From an uncultured Iamiaceae bacterium (GTDB taxonomy: Bacteria > Actinomycetota > Acidimicrobiia > Acidimicrobiales > Acidimicrobilacustridaceae), in NCBI GenBank assembly GCA_963715425.1, contig CAVQSE010000004.1:81242-145241 (forward strand): a stretch of DNA of 64,000 nt, read 5' to 3'. A model generated the notes under the pieces. That model worked only from the letters and a program-made list of their open reading frames with translations. It ran no database searches and was not told where the DNA came from. Position numbers and translations under genes: made by a program. This document shows, piece after piece, positions 10,480-21,641 of this stretch (its first letter is position 1; each line of letters starts with the position of its first letter).

Positions 10480-11126
10480 CACGACAGACCCAGCTCGGAG
10501 AGGTCGTCCCCGGTGGAGTTGGCCGCCAGCACCGCGGGGCCCCCGGCGCCGTAGAGGACAGCCGAGATCGAGCACGGTGACACGACGATGCGCTGGAACA
10601 GGTCGAGGTGGGTGCCCAGCGCCTGGGCCAGCGCCGCCTTGATGGTGTCGGCGTGGGACACGGCCACGATGGTCTCACCCGGGTGGCGCGCCACGAGCCG
10701 GTCGATGGTCGAGCACATGCGGGTCTGCATCTCGACGAACGACTCGCCGTCGGGGAAGCGGAACCCGCTCGGGTACCGCTGCACGGTGGACCACTCGGGA
10801 AGCTTGTTGAGCTTGGCCAGCTTCTCGCCGGTCCATGCGCCGAAGTCGCACTCGAGCAGGCCACGGTCGGCGACGACCTTGAGGCCGCGGGCCTTGGCGA
10901 TGGGCGCCGCGGTCTCACGGGTGCGTTCGAGCGGCGAGGCGTACACCGCGGCCACCTTCTTCAACGCGGCGATGCGGTCGGCGGCTCGTTGCGCCTGCTC
11001 GTGGCCCTTGTCGGACAGGTGCAGCCCCTTGGCGCGGCCCGGCAGCGTGGTCCCGGTCGTCGGGGTCTGGCCGTGGCGCACCAACAGGACCAGCGTGGGG
11101 GAGGGGGGTTTCCGTCGGGCAGCCAT
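10479..11126 (-). CDS. MSMEG_4193 family histidine phosphatase / putative phosphomutase
   Basis: LVRHG, SPLERTRETA, ECDFGAWTG, SHADTIK, HLDLFQRI. Confidence 0.88.
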   Translation of the reverse strand: MAARRKPPSPTLVLLVRHGQTPTTGTTLPGRAKGLHLSDKGHEQAQRAADRIAALKKVAAVYASPLERTRETAAPIAKARGLKVVADRGLLECDFGAWTGEKLAKLNKLPEWSTVQRYPSGFRFPDGESFVEMQTRMCSTIDRLVARHPGETIVAVSHADTIKAALAQALGTHLDLFQRIVVSPCSISAVLYGAGGPAVLAANSTGDDLSELGLS

Positions 11127-11254
11127 GAACGGGGTCACGATACCGAGAGCGGAGCCGAGCGCCGACCTCCCCACCCTGCGCGCCGGGGGCCGACCGGCCC
11201 CTCGGCGGTGCGACCCGCCTCGCCAGCGCGGACAGGGGGCGTTAGCGTCGACCG

Positions 11255-11927
11255 ATGGCCGATTCGCTGGCTCGCGTCGCCGCCGACGTCGTCGACTGCA
11301 CCGCCTGCCCCCGACTGGTCGCCTGGCGGGAGAAGGTGGCCGTCGAGCGGCGGGCCGCCTACGCCGACGAGGAGTACTGGGGACGGCCCGTCCCCGGATT
11401 CGGTGATCCTGGCGCCCGCATCGTCGTGGTCGGTCTCGCCCCCGCGGCGCACGGGGCCAACCGGACCGGTCGGATGTTCACCGGGGACCGCTCGGGCGAT
11501 TGGTTGTTCGCGGCGATGTGGCGGGCCGGGCTGGCCAACCAGCCCGAGAGCCGCCACGTCGACGACGCACTGGCCCTCACCGGCGCCTGGGTGACCGCGC
11601 CGGTTCGGTGTGCGCCACCGGCCAATCGGCCCACGACACAGGAGCGCGACGCCTGCGCGCCGTTCCTTCGCCGTGAGCTCGCCCTGCTCGACGTCGGCCA
11701 GGGTCATCGTGGCGCTCGGTGGCTTCGGCTTCGCCGCGGTCGCCGCGCACCTCGGGATCCGACCGAGGCCCTCGTTCGGCCACGGCGTCGAGGTCGAGGT
11801 CCGGCCCGACCTCGTGCTGTTGGGCTGCTACCACGTGAGCCAGCAGAACACCTTCACCGGACGGCTGACCGAGGAGATGCTCGACGACGTGTTCGCCCGC
11901 GCCAGGGTGCTCGCCGGCCTCGGCTGA
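11255..11927 (+). CDS. udgB: Uracil-DNA glycosylase family 5 (frameshift near 11698)
   Basis: CTACPRL, GLAPAAHGANRTGRMFTGDRSG, RCAPPAN; C-terminal YHVSQQNTFTG in second frame. Confidence 0.88.
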
Positions 11928-12024
11928 GTCGGCCCGATTCGGGCGGCGGGAGGCGAAGGGCTACGGTGACCGGCGGCCCGGGCACCCCCACCGGGCACCC
12001 ACCCGACGAGGACGGTTCACGACG

Positions 12025-12540
12025 ATGCAGCGACGAACGGGCGCCAAGATGGCCGCGGTGGCCGCAGCGGTGGCGCTCGGGCTCACCGCCTGCGCCCCGA
12101 GCAACACCCCGGACTCCTACGACGCAGTCGTGGAGCAGAACTTCCTCGAGGGGTGCCTCAACCGGTACGTGAACCTGGTCGACGACACGCTGGCCGTCAC
12201 GAACGACACGCTCTCGCCGGATGTCACCGGTGGCTCCCAGGCCCAGTGCGAGTGCCAGTTCTCCGTGTTCGAGAACCAGGTCCCGTACAACGCCGACGAC
12301 ACCTCCAAGCCCGGCTACGTCGGGCCGACCTTCGTCGACCTCAACGACTCCCTCGAGGGCGACAACCCGGGTGAGGCGTTCAACACGCTTCCCGCCGACA
12401 TCCAGGACGACCTGAAGGCCTGTGCGCAGAGCGGTCCGACGGCGGGCGGGACGGGCACGACCCTGCCGACCGAGACCACGACGACGCTGCCGCCGACCTC
12501 GCAGAACACCACGCCGGACGGGCGCCCGCTCGACGGCTAG
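12025..12540 (+). CDS. Hypothetical lipoprotein
   Basis: Basic N-terminus, hydrophobic stretch, lipobox LTAC, four further Cys, Thr/Pro-rich tail. Confidence 0.7.
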   Translation: MQRRTGAKMAAVAAAVALGLTACAPSNTPDSYDAVVEQNFLEGCLNRYVNLVDDTLAVTNDTLSPDVTGGSQAQCECQFSVFENQVPYNADDTSKPGYVGPTFVDLNDSLEGDNPGEAFNTLPADIQDDLKACAQSGPTAGGTGTTLPTETTTTLPPTSQNTTPDGRPLDG

Positions 12541-12577
12541 GGCGCCGAGCGCGGGCCCGGACCCGCCGAAGCGGCCC

Positions 12578-13775
12578 TCAGCTCTTCGCGGCCGCCTTGG
12601 CCGGGGCCTTCTTCTCGGGCAGGCCGAGGCGCACACCGCTCTCGGCCCAGGTCGGCCAGCGCGATCGGCTCTTCTCGGCCAGCTTGCGCATGAGCGCGAT
12701 GGCTCCCGGGTCCTCGTCGCCGGGACGGGCGATGATCGAGCCGTCGGCGATCATCCGGCTGATGATCTCGCGACCGAGGTCGGTGCGCACGATGGTGAGC
12801 GTCCAGTCGTTGTCCTTGCCGATGCCTCCCGTGGAGATGTCGGCGTGCTCGGCGGCGAAGTCGGGGCAGTGGGTGCAGCCCTCGCGCGTCCAGGCGTGGC
12901 ACTCCTTGAGGTTGATCTCGTGGTAGGTCCCGTCGCGCATCCAGATCTGGAACACGCCCTTGATGTTCATCTTCACGATCTCCGCCTTGGGCAGGCGGTA
13001 CTTCGCCTCGAACAGCTCCTCGAAGATGGCGTCGTCGAAGGTCTTCGAGCAGAGCAGACCGATGTTGAACACGATCGGCTTGCTGATCTTGCCGATCTTG
13101 CGGCTCCACATGACCGGCGGTACGGAGGACTGGCAGCTCATCCCGACCAGCGCCAGCTGCTTCAGCCCCCGATCGAGGGCTTCGTCGAGGGCCAGGGTGT
13201 TGGCGGAGTAGGTGTAGCGGCTCCCGGCGGCGGCCAGCACCTCGTCCCGGTTGGTGGCCACCCCGGGCACGGCCTTCCAGGTGGTGGCGTCACCGCCTTC
13301 GAGGTAGGAGGTGAGGGCACCGTCGATGTAGCCCTCGCGCATCGCCCAGATGAGGATCGCCGAGACCAGCCCGCCGTCCTGGCCCATCTCGTGGACCATG
13401 TCGTCGCTGGCCCGCGTGAGCAGGATGTCGCCGTGGATCCCCGCGATCTCGTCGTCCTCACGGCCCCGACCGAAGAGGTGCTCGTCGGCCTGCGGTTCCC
13501 ACAGGCGGAATCGGGGGCAGGCCCGGGTGCAGCTCGTGCAGCCCTTCTCCCCGTGGAGGCAGTTGTCGAGCCCGAGCTCCTCCTCGATGTGGAACGGCTT
13601 GTACCCGCCCGGCGGCGTGGTCGTAGCCGATCACGTCGTGAGGGCACGAGATCACGCAGCCGGCGCAACCGGTGCACAGTCCTGAGGTGATGACCTCGCT
13701 GTAGAGCTCCTTCCATTGGAAGGTCCAGCGTTCGGGCTTGGCCGCAGGGGGGGCGGCGCCTTCGGTCGTCGTCAT
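12578..13775 (-). CDS. FrhB/FpoF-like F420-binding oxidoreductase subunit with N-terminal ferredoxin domain (frameshift near 13615)
   Basis: CTGCAGCVISC and CTSCTRAC Fe-S motifs; QDGGLVSA, AAGSRYT, GMSCQ, IGLLC, GCTHCPDF..EHADISTG. Confidence 0.85.
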
Positions 13776-13887
13776 GCCGGGAGGTTACTGAACCCTGTCG
13801 GCCGGCCTCTCACCCGCGCGGGCCCGGTGCGCTCGCCGCCGCCCGGTGCGCTCGACGCCGCCCGGGCGGCGCGTCGAGAATGGCGTC

Positions 13888-15129
13888 ATGGATCTGACCT
13901 ACCCCGTCGAGACCGACGCGTTCAGGGCCGAGGCCCGGGCCTGGCTCGAGGACAACCTCCCCGCCGGCTGGTTCGAGCCGGGCTTCCGGATGGACGACGC
14001 CGAGCGGGCAGCCTGGAGCGAGGAGTGGACGCGCAAGCTCTTCGAAGGCGGGTGGATCTGCGCGACCTGGCCGAAGGAGTACGGCGGCAAGGGGCTCACG
14101 ACCATGGAGGCCGTGGTCCTGAACGAGGAGTTCGCCCGTGCCGGTGCGCCCATGCGCGCCGACTTCTTCGGGGACACCCTCGTCGGGCCCACCATCCTGC
14201 AATGGGGGACCGAGGAGCAGAAGAAGGAGTTCCTGCCGAAGATCCTGTCGGGCACGATCGCCTGGTGCCAGGGCTTCTCCGAGCCCGATGCCGGCTCGGA
14301 CATGGCCAACCTGAGCACCAAGGCGGTGCGCGACGGCGACGAGTGGGTGATCAACGGCCAGAAGATCTGGACCACCCAGGGCTTCGTGGCCGACTACGTC
14401 TTCGTCCTGTGCCGCACCGATCCCGACGCCCCGAAGCACAAGGGGATCTCGTACCTGTTGTGCCCGATGGACCAGCCCGGTGTCGAGGTGCGGCCGATCA
14501 ACCAGATCGACGGTGCGGCAGAGTTCGCCGAGGTGTTCTTCACCGACGCCCGGTGTCCGGTGGACAACGTCGTCGGGGGCCTCAACAACGGCTGGGCGGT
14601 CGCGATGACCACGCTGGGCTTCGAGCGGGGGAGCTCGGCCACGACCGGACATCGCCGGTTCGAGAGCGAGCTGAACCACATCATCGAGCTGGCCAGGGCC
14701 AACGGCTCGATCGAGGACCCGCTCGTGCGCCAGGGCCTGGCCCGCTGCTACAGCAAGGTCCAGATCATGCGGGTGAACGGGCTCAGGTCGCTGGCCACGG
14801 TCCTCTCGGGGAAGAAGGACCGAGGGGTGACCGCCCTGGGCGCCACGAACAAGATGTTCTGGAGCGAGTACCACCAGGAGGTCATGAAGCTGGCCATGGA
14901 CATCCTGGGGATGGAGGGCCAGATCCTGCTCGGCGACCCTTCCGCCGAGGAATCCGTGCCGGGCTACGGCCGGCGCCGCACGAGCGAGCGCTATCCCGCC
15001 AACGCCCTCCAGTCGTCGTTCTTCTTCAGCCGTTCCGAGACGATCTGGGGAGGGACCTCCCAGATCCAGCGCAACATCGTGGGTGAGCGGGTCCTCGGCC
15101 TGCCCAAGGAGCCGAAGGTCGCGGGCTGA
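13888..15129 (+). CDS. Acyl-CoA dehydrogenase
   Basis: WCQGFSEPDAGSD, INGQKIWT, FAEVFF, TIWGGTSQIQRNI. Confidence 0.92.
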   Translation: MDLTYPVETDAFRAEARAWLEDNLPAGWFEPGFRMDDAERAAWSEEWTRKLFEGGWICATWPKEYGGKGLTTMEAVVLNEEFARAGAPMRADFFGDTLVGPTILQWGTEEQKKEFLPKILSGTIAWCQGFSEPDAGSDMANLSTKAVRDGDEWVINGQKIWTTQGFVADYVFVLCRTDPDAPKHKGISYLLCPMDQPGVEVRPINQIDGAAEFAEVFFTDARCPVDNVVGGLNNGWAVAMTTLGFERGSSATTGHRRFESELNHIIELARANGSIEDPLVRQGLARCYSKVQIMRVNGLRSLATVLSGKKDRGVTALGATNKMFWSEYHQEVMKLAMDILGMEGQILLGDPSAEESVPGYGRRRTSERYPANALQSSFFFSRSETIWGGTSQIQRNIVGERVLGLPKEPKVAG

Positions 15130-15228
15130 TCCGACCGGCGCAGGTGCGGTCGACCTGTGCCGGTGTGGTCGATCGCACACCCGAGGTGACCGGGTCGCGC
15201 CGACCGGGGCCGGTACGATCTACCGGTC

Positions 15229-16752
15229 ATGTCCGCCGTCCCCCCAACGCCGACAGCAGCCCCCGTCGGCCGCCCCCGACGCTCCCCGTCGCACGCCGGT
15301 CCACGGGCCAGCGCGTGCTCCTCGGCTTGGGCGTGGCGCTCGTCGTGGTGCTGCTCGGGGCCGGCGCGGTGCTCGGCTACGGCTGGTACCGGTACAACCA
15401 GATCGGCAAGGAAGACCTCGCGCTGGCCGAGTCCATCGGCGACGGGCCCCAGAACTTCCTGATCGTCGGGTCCGACAGCCGTGACGTGGTCGACGACGCC
15501 GACCCTGATGCCGACGCCTTCCTCGATGGTGCGGGCGCCGACCAGACGGGTCAGCGGGCCGACACGATCATGATCGCCCGGGTCGATGCGCAGGCCAAGA
15601 CCGTCGACCTGCTCTCGTTCCCCAGGGACCTCTGGATCCCGATCCTGCCCGGGGGAGAGAACCAGAGGATCAACACCGCCTACACGGGCAACGGGCCCCA
15701 GGCGCTCATCGACACCCTGCAGGCCGACTTCGGCATCGAGATCAACCACTACGTCGAGATCAACTTCAAGAGCTTCAAGGGCATCGTCGACGCGGTCGGC
15801 GGGGTGCCGATGTACTTCGACAGCCCGATGCGCGACGAGAACACCGGGCTCTACCAGTACGAGCTCGGGTGCGTGAGCCTCGACGGCGACCAGGGTCTGG
15901 CCTTCGCCCGGGCTCGTCACCTCGAGTACAAGGACAGCCGCGACCGCTGGGCCAGCGATCCCAGCGGCGACCTCGGGCGCATCAACCGACAGCAGGTCCT
16001 GATGCGGGCCATGGTCGACCGCTCCCAGGACCGCTTCGGGAGCCTCGACGTCAGGGCCATCAACGACATCGTCAGCTCCACCGCCGACAACCTCACCGTC
16101 GACAGCGAGCTGAGCATCGGTGACATGGTCGACCTGGGGCGGGCCTTCAAGGGGTTCTCCGGGGACCAGATCGTCACCCACGCCCTGCCGGTGACGCCGT
16201 TCATGACCAACGGCGGCGCCTCGGTGCTCCGCCTCGACGAGGCGTTGGCCGAGCAGACCCTCAACGTCTTCCGCGGGCTCCCGCCAGGGACGGTCTCCCC
16301 GGCGTCGGTCACCCTCGCCGTGAGCAACGGCAGTGGCGCCGAGATGCAGGCCACGAACGTCTCCAAGGCGCTCGCGCCGCTCGGCTACGACGTGTCCGTC
16401 GCCGCCGACGCCCCCAGGACCTCGAGCCGCACGGTCGTCCGGTACGCCCCGGGGCTCGAACGCGCAGGCCGATCTCGTCGCCCGACAGGTGGCCTCCGGT
16501 GCCGATCTCGAGCTCGACGAGTCGCTCGAAGGGGCCGACGCACCGGTCGTCCTGGTCACGGGCACCGACTTCACCACCGTGCTCACCGAGGCCCGGCCGC
16601 TCGCCGACCCGACCACCACCGCCCCGTCGACCACCATCGTCGACGGCCGGGCCACCGCCGTCACCAGCGGAGAGTCCTCCGATCCCGACGAGACGACGGG
16701 TGTGGAGGGCGTCGCACCTCCTCCGGTTCCCGAGGGCGTCGACTGCCGTTAG
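15229..16752 (+). CDS. LCP (LytR-CpsA-Psr) family protein with LytR C-terminal domain (frameshifts near 15285 and 16455)
   Basis: TM helix, NFLIVGSDSR, RADTIM, SFPRDLW, RINTAY, FARARH, DLGRINRQQ; start inferred from TACGAT -10 upstream of ATG 15229. Confidence 0.85.
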
Positions 16753-16779
16753 CGCCCCGGCGGGCTCCTGGACGAAGCG

Positions 16780-18220
16780 CTACCCGCCCGCGGCGGTGCC
16801 CGTGCCGTCCGCGCCGATCCGCGGCGGCGACCAGGGCGTCGATCGACTCGGTGATGCCCTCGGCCAGGACGGCCACGTCGCCGGCGGTGTCACGGTCCCC
16901 GGTGACCCCGAAGGTGATCGTGCCGTCGTAGGAGAAGGCGGCCACGCCGGTGCGCAGCGGTGCGCCGATCGGGACGTACGGGTAGGCCCGGGTCATGCGC
17001 CGGCCGCAGAGGTAGAGGGGGAGCTGGGGACCGGGCACGTTCGTGGTGACGGTGTGGACGTTCGACGTCCGCGCCGCCAGCCGGGAGGCGAGGCGGGTGC
17101 CCAGGGCCAGCAGCGCCGGCGGGGCGAAGCCGGTCACCGACGTGAGGGCTTCCCCGGCCACGGCCTGGTGCGACTCCTTCAGCCCCGTGAGCTGGCTGCG
17201 GACCATGTCGAGGCGGACCACCGGGTCGTCCTGGGCCACGGGCAGCTCGGCGAACATCCCCGAGACCTTGTTGTCGAGCTCGCCGTCGCCGGTGGCGGCA
17301 CCGTCGCCGCGCGTCGCTCTCACCGAGACGGGCACCAGGCTGCGCACCGGGTGCTCGGCGAGGTCCTCCCCGCGACTCAGCAGCAGCGACCGGAACCCGC
17401 CGGCGATCGCCGCCAGCACCACGTCGTTGACCGTGCCGCCGAACTCGGCGCGAACCCGCTTCACGTCGGCGAGGGGGACCTCGGCCCACGCGACCTCGCG
17501 GTGCGGGCCGATGGTCCCGGTGAGGCTGAGCCCCGGAGTGGGCGCAGTGACGTCGCGCAGTGAGCCGAGCCCGGTGAGCAGGGTTCGGGCATCCTCCATG
17601 AGACGGCGTCGTCGGCGCATGGCCGAACCGAGGGCCCGCAGCTGTTCGTACTGGCTCGTGGCCAGGTCCCACAGGGCGTCGGCCGCGAGCTCCGCCGACG
17701 TCGGCGGGTACTGCGGCACCCACTCGCTGTCGGACGGCGGAGGGGGGTCAGGCGTGAGGTCGAGGATGATGGCCAACAGCTCGCTTCCCGAGACGCCGTC
17801 GACCATGCAGTGGTGCACCTTGGACACCATCGCCCATCGATCGTCGGTGAGGCCCTCGACGATCCAGATCTCCCAGAGCGGCTTCGTGCGGTCGAGGCGT
17901 TGCGACATGATCCGCCCGGTGAGTCGGCGCAGTGCCTCCTCGTCACCCGGCGCCGGAAGGGCGGTGCGGCGCAGGTGGTAGTCGAGCTCGAAGGCGTCGT
18001 CGTCGATCCAGACCGGCCGGCCGAGGGCGAAGGGCACGGTGACGACCCGCTGTCGGTAGCGCGGGACGTGGTCGAGGCGGGCGTCGACCATGGCCGTGAT
18101 GTCGGCCTGGGGCGGGGGTGGACCCTCGAAGATCCCCACCGAGCCGATGTGGAGGCTCGCGGCACGGTCGCTGTCCTCGATGTGGAGGAACGACACGTCG
18201 ATCGGGTTCATGCGGTCCAC
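16780..18220 (-). CDS. Wax ester synthase/diacylglycerol acyltransferase (WS/DGAT); 3' end approximate
   Basis: HHCMVDG catalytic motif, LDRTKPLWE, GTVNDVVL, TNVPGP; probable indel near the stop. Confidence 0.9.
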
Positions 18221-18310
18221 CGGGCCCCCTCGCCGTGGTGTGGTGTGGATCGTGCGTGGTCCCGCCGGGTCGCCGACGCCGTGCGCCGGACGGCGGTGAC
18301 ATCACATGAG

Positions 18311-18382
18311 CGCCCTCGGCAGGATTCGAACCTGCGCACACGCCTCCGGAGGGCGATGCTCTATCCCCTGAGCTACGAGGGC
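18311..18382 (-). tRNA. tRNA-Arg(CCG), CCA not encoded
   Basis: GCCCTCG/CGAGGGC acceptor stem, TAGCTCAGGGGATAGAGC D-arm, CTCCGGA anticodon loop, GGTTCGAATCC T-arm. Confidence 0.95.
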
Positions 18383-18499
18383 TGGTGCCGGACGAGCCGG
18401 CGTCGGTCGGGGACGACCGGAGGTTCACGTTAGCGCCTGGCCCCGGTGGCGCCGGTGGGCGCAGGGGCGGTCGTCGGTCGCCTGGTCCCGCCGAGGCGG

Positions 18500-18901
18500 T
18501 CAGGCCAGACGACCAGGCCGGTAGTCGCGGTCCTCGACGATCACCCGGCCGAACGGCCACAGGCCGAACACCGACATCTTGAAGGCCTGGATACCGAACG
18601 GGATCCCGATGATGGTGATGCAGAGCAGCACCCCGGCGGCCAGCCAGGCCAGGAAGAGCGCCCACCCGAACAGCACGAGCCAGATGACGTTGGCGATCGT
18701 GGAGATCACGCCCACCCGCCCGTCGCGGTCGACGATCGTGCGCCCGAAGGGCCACAGGGCGAACCCGGCCATCTTGAACGCTTGGATGCCGAACGGGATC
18801 CCGATGATGGTGATGCAGAAGGCGACACCGGCGATCACGTAGCCGATGGCCAACCAGATCCCGGCCAGCACGGTCCACAAGATGTTCCCGATCGTCTTCA
18901 C
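18500..18901 (-). CDS. YccF domain inner-membrane protein
   Basis: Twice-repeated N..W...G.W...CITIIGIPFGIQAFK....LWPFGR. Confidence 0.9.
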   Translation of the reverse strand: MKTIGNILWTVLAGIWLAIGYVIAGVAFCITIIGIPFGIQAFKMAGFALWPFGRTIVDRDGRVGVISTIANVIWLVLFGWALFLAWLAAGVLLCITIIGIPFGIQAFKMSVFGLWPFGRVIVEDRDYRPGRLA

Positions 18902-18969
18902 CGGGCCAGTGTCGCACCCGGGCCGCCCCGGTGGAAGGGCGATCCACACGGGGTGTGGGACAGGCGGCG

Positions 18970-21381
18970 TCAGCCGACGCCGGTGAGCTGGCGATCCTCG
19001 TCGGGTCGATCGCCGTCGGGGTCGAACGCGCCGCCGGGATCGCCGGGCCCCCGGGGCCCGCGACCGTCCCCGCCGTCGCCGGGGCCCTCGGCGCTCGGAC
19101 CGTCGTCGCCGCCGATCGTGGTGGCGTGGCCCTCGACGTCGATGCGGGGCAGGATCCGGTCCAGCCACTTCGGGAGCCACCAGTTGCGGTCGCCCAGGAG
19201 CTCCATCGTGGCGGGCACCAGCAACATGCGCACCACCGTGGCGTCGAGGAGCACGGCCACGGCCAGCCCCGCACCGAGGAGCTTGATGACGCGCAGGTCC
19301 TCGAGCAGGAAGCTGCCGAAGACCACGACCATGATGGCGGCCGCGGCGGTGATGACGCGTGCGGTGGCGGCGAGCCCGTCGGCCACCGAGGTGTGCGGAT
19401 CGCCCGTGCGGTCGTACTCCTCGCGGATCCGCGAGAGCAGGAACACCTCGTAGTCCATGGAGAGCCCGAAGACGATGGCGAACAGCATCATCGGGATGAA
19501 CGGCTCGATGGGTGCCCCGGCGATCCCCAGCAGGCTTCCGCCCCATCCCCACTGGAACACCGCCACGATGATCCCGTAGGCCGCGCCGATCGAGAGCAGG
19601 TTCATGATCACGGCCTTCAGCGGCACCAACAGCGAGCGGAAGACGGCCATCAGCAACAGGAACGAGAGTCCGAGCACGACGCCGAAGAACAGCGGGAGCC
19701 GGGCGGCGAGGTACTCGGAGAAGTCCGACTGGATGGCCACCGAGCCCGTGACGACGGCGTCGATCTCGGTGCCTGCTGCGGCGACCGGGATGACGTCGTC
19801 GCGCAACGTCTGGACGAGATCCGCCGTCGCTGCGTCCTGGGGTGCGGTGTCGGGCACGACCCGCCAGAGCACTGCCGACGGCGCGGTGGGGTCGTTCGGG
19901 ACGGCGGGGGAGGCGAAGGCCACGCCGGGGGTCGACGAGAGCGCCTCGCTGATCGTCGCGAGCTGGTCGGCGTCGGCGCTCGGTGGGAGCGCGGCGACGA
20001 CGGTGAGCGGACCGTTGAAGCCGGGGCCGAAGCCCTCGGCCAGCAGGTCGTAGGCGTCGCGGGTCGTGGTGCCGACCGGGTCGTTGCCCTGGTCGGAGAA
20101 GCCGAGACGCAGGCCGAGCACGGGCAGGGCCAGGACGACGAGGACCGCGGTGCTCACGAGCGCCACCGCCCAGGGGTGGCGCTGGACGCCACGGCTCCAG
20201 CGGTAGGCGAAGGTCTCGTTCGTCGGCTTGGCCGGTCGGCGACGCACCTCCTTGCGCAGGGGAGCGACGGCGAAGCTGGCGATGATCACGACGACGGCCA
20301 GCGGGATCCCGACCAACAGGGGGGAGATGCGCAGGGCGGCGCCGACGAGCGCGATGGCGACCAGCCCGGCGGCGAGCAGGCCCCGCACCCGGGTGCGGTC
20401 GACGCGATCGCCGGCGAAGCCGAGCAGTGCCGGGAGCAGCGTGAGCGAGGCGACCATCGTGACGGCCACGACGGAGGCGGCGCCGATGCCCAGGCCGCTC
20501 ACGAAGGAGATCCCCATGAGCAACATGCCCAGCAGGCTGATGACCACGGTGAGCCCGGCGAAGGCGACGGCCCGGCCGGAGGTGTCGATGGCGATGGCGA
20601 TGGCCTCGCCCGTCGTGTGGCCGGCGCGGAGCTGCTCGCGGTAGCGGGTGACGATGAACAGGGCGTAGTCGATGCCCACGCCGAGGCCGATCATCACGCC
20701 GAGCGTCGTCGCGAACTCGGGCACGCTGGCCACGTTCGACAAGAGTCCGATGATGGCGACGCCGACGCCGACGCCGGCCATGGCCACGCCGATGGGGAGG
20801 CCCATGGCCAGGACCGACCCGAACGCCAGGATGAGGATCACGATGGCGAAGGCCAGGCCCAGCAGCTCCGATGCGGGAGGTTCGAAGGTGGCGAACATCA
20901 TCCCGCCGTACTCGATCGTCAGTCCTTCGACGACGGGCTGATCGGCCGTGATGTCCTCGGCGATGGCGGTCGTCTTGGCGGAGGTCTCGGCCTCGATGAT
21001 CTCGATGCCGGCGTACGCCACGGTGCCGTCGGCCGCGATCTGGCGCTCCCCGCCGGCTGCGTAGGGGCTCACGACGTCGACGCCGGGGATGGCGTCGACC
21101 GCGGCCAGGTAGGCCTCCATCGGTCCTCGCACGGCCGGGTCGTCGATGCCGAGCGGGCTCTCGAACACGATCGAGCCCGACTCCCCGGCTCCTTGTCCGC
21201 CGAACTCGCTCTCGAGGAGGTCGAGGCCCCGCTTGGACTCCACCGAGGGCAGCCCGATGTCCTGGGAGAAGTCGCGACCCACGGCACCGCCCACGACGTT
21301 GGCGCCCACGAGGACGACCACCCAGAGCAGGACGACGGCGAGACGGTGGCGGTAGCACCAGGATCCGAGCCGGTTGAACAC
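18970..21381 (-). CDS. MMPL family (RND) transporter
   Basis: GVGIDYALFIVTRYRE, GLSMDYEVFLLSRIRE, GFGPGFNGP, NWWLP. Confidence 0.92.
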   Translation of the reverse strand: MFNRLGSWCYRHRLAVVLLWVVVLVGANVVGGAVGRDFSQDIGLPSVESKRGLDLLESEFGGQGAGESGSIVFESPLGIDDPAVRGPMEAYLAAVDAIPGVDVVSPYAAGGERQIAADGTVAYAGIEIIEAETSAKTTAIAEDITADQPVVEGLTIEYGGMMFATFEPPASELLGLAFAIVILILAFGSVLAMGLPIGVAMAGVGVGVAIIGLLSNVASVPEFATTLGVMIGLGVGIDYALFIVTRYREQLRAGHTTGEAIAIAIDTSGRAVAFAGLTVVISLLGMLLMGISFVSGLGIGAASVVAVTMVASLTLLPALLGFAGDRVDRTRVRGLLAAGLVAIALVGAALRISPLLVGIPLAVVVIIASFAVAPLRKEVRRRPAKPTNETFAYRWSRGVQRHPWAVALVSTAVLVVLALPVLGLRLGFSDQGNDPVGTTTRDAYDLLAEGFGPGFNGPLTVVAALPPSADADQLATISEALSSTPGVAFASPAVPNDPTAPSAVLWRVVPDTAPQDAATADLVQTLRDDVIPVAAAGTEIDAVVTGSVAIQSDFSEYLAARLPLFFGVVLGLSFLLLMAVFRSLLVPLKAVIMNLLSIGAAYGIIVAVFQWGWGGSLLGIAGAPIEPFIPMMLFAIVFGLSMDYEVFLLSRIREEYDRTGDPHTSVADGLAATARVITAAAAIMVVVFGSFLLEDLRVIKLLGAGLAVAVLLDATVVRMLLVPATMELLGDRNWWLPKWLDRILPRIDVEGHATTIGGDDGPSAEGPGDGGDGRGPRGPGDPGGAFDPDGDRPDEDRQLTGVG

Positions 21382-21641
21382 GACGCCTCCGGGGGCAGGC
21401 GAACAGGTGGGGGAGCAGCAGAGGGGACCCCGTGTCGGGGCCCGTGACCGACAATGACATCGGCCGGCCGCCTATTCCACGAACGGCAGCGGTCGTCGGT
21501 CACGTCGGTGCACCGTCGGTGGCGGTGCGCACCCGCCGACCGGGCCGTTCGCCCCCGCCGTCGGACCGGCCAACCTCACCGGGCGCAGAGGGGGCCGACG
21601 GTAGGCTCGGCGACCCGCCACCTCTCCGCCCGGAGCCCTTC

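Noticed and set aside
18560-18830. Direct repeat of about 60 bp, spaced 195 bp apart
   Set aside because: Internal duplication of the two YccF domains, normal for the family
18311-21381. Genomic island at tRNA-Arg(CCG)
   Set aside because: No integrase, no duplicated tRNA 3' end and no visible compositional shift; neighbours are ordinary chromosomal genes
18500-21460. Very long alternative-frame or antisense ORFs (986 aa here; also 2361-4790, 23125-25803, 46456-49149)
   Set aside because: Shadow ORFs expected in high-GC DNA with biased third codon positions; they overlap well-supported genes and have no recognisable motifs, apart from the real YccF segment at the end of this one
21443-21504. 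10-bp inverted repeat CGTGACCGAC/GTCGGTCACG upstream of the MMPL gene
   Set aside because: Arms are short, GC-rich and 42 nt apart; could arise by chance, with no further support
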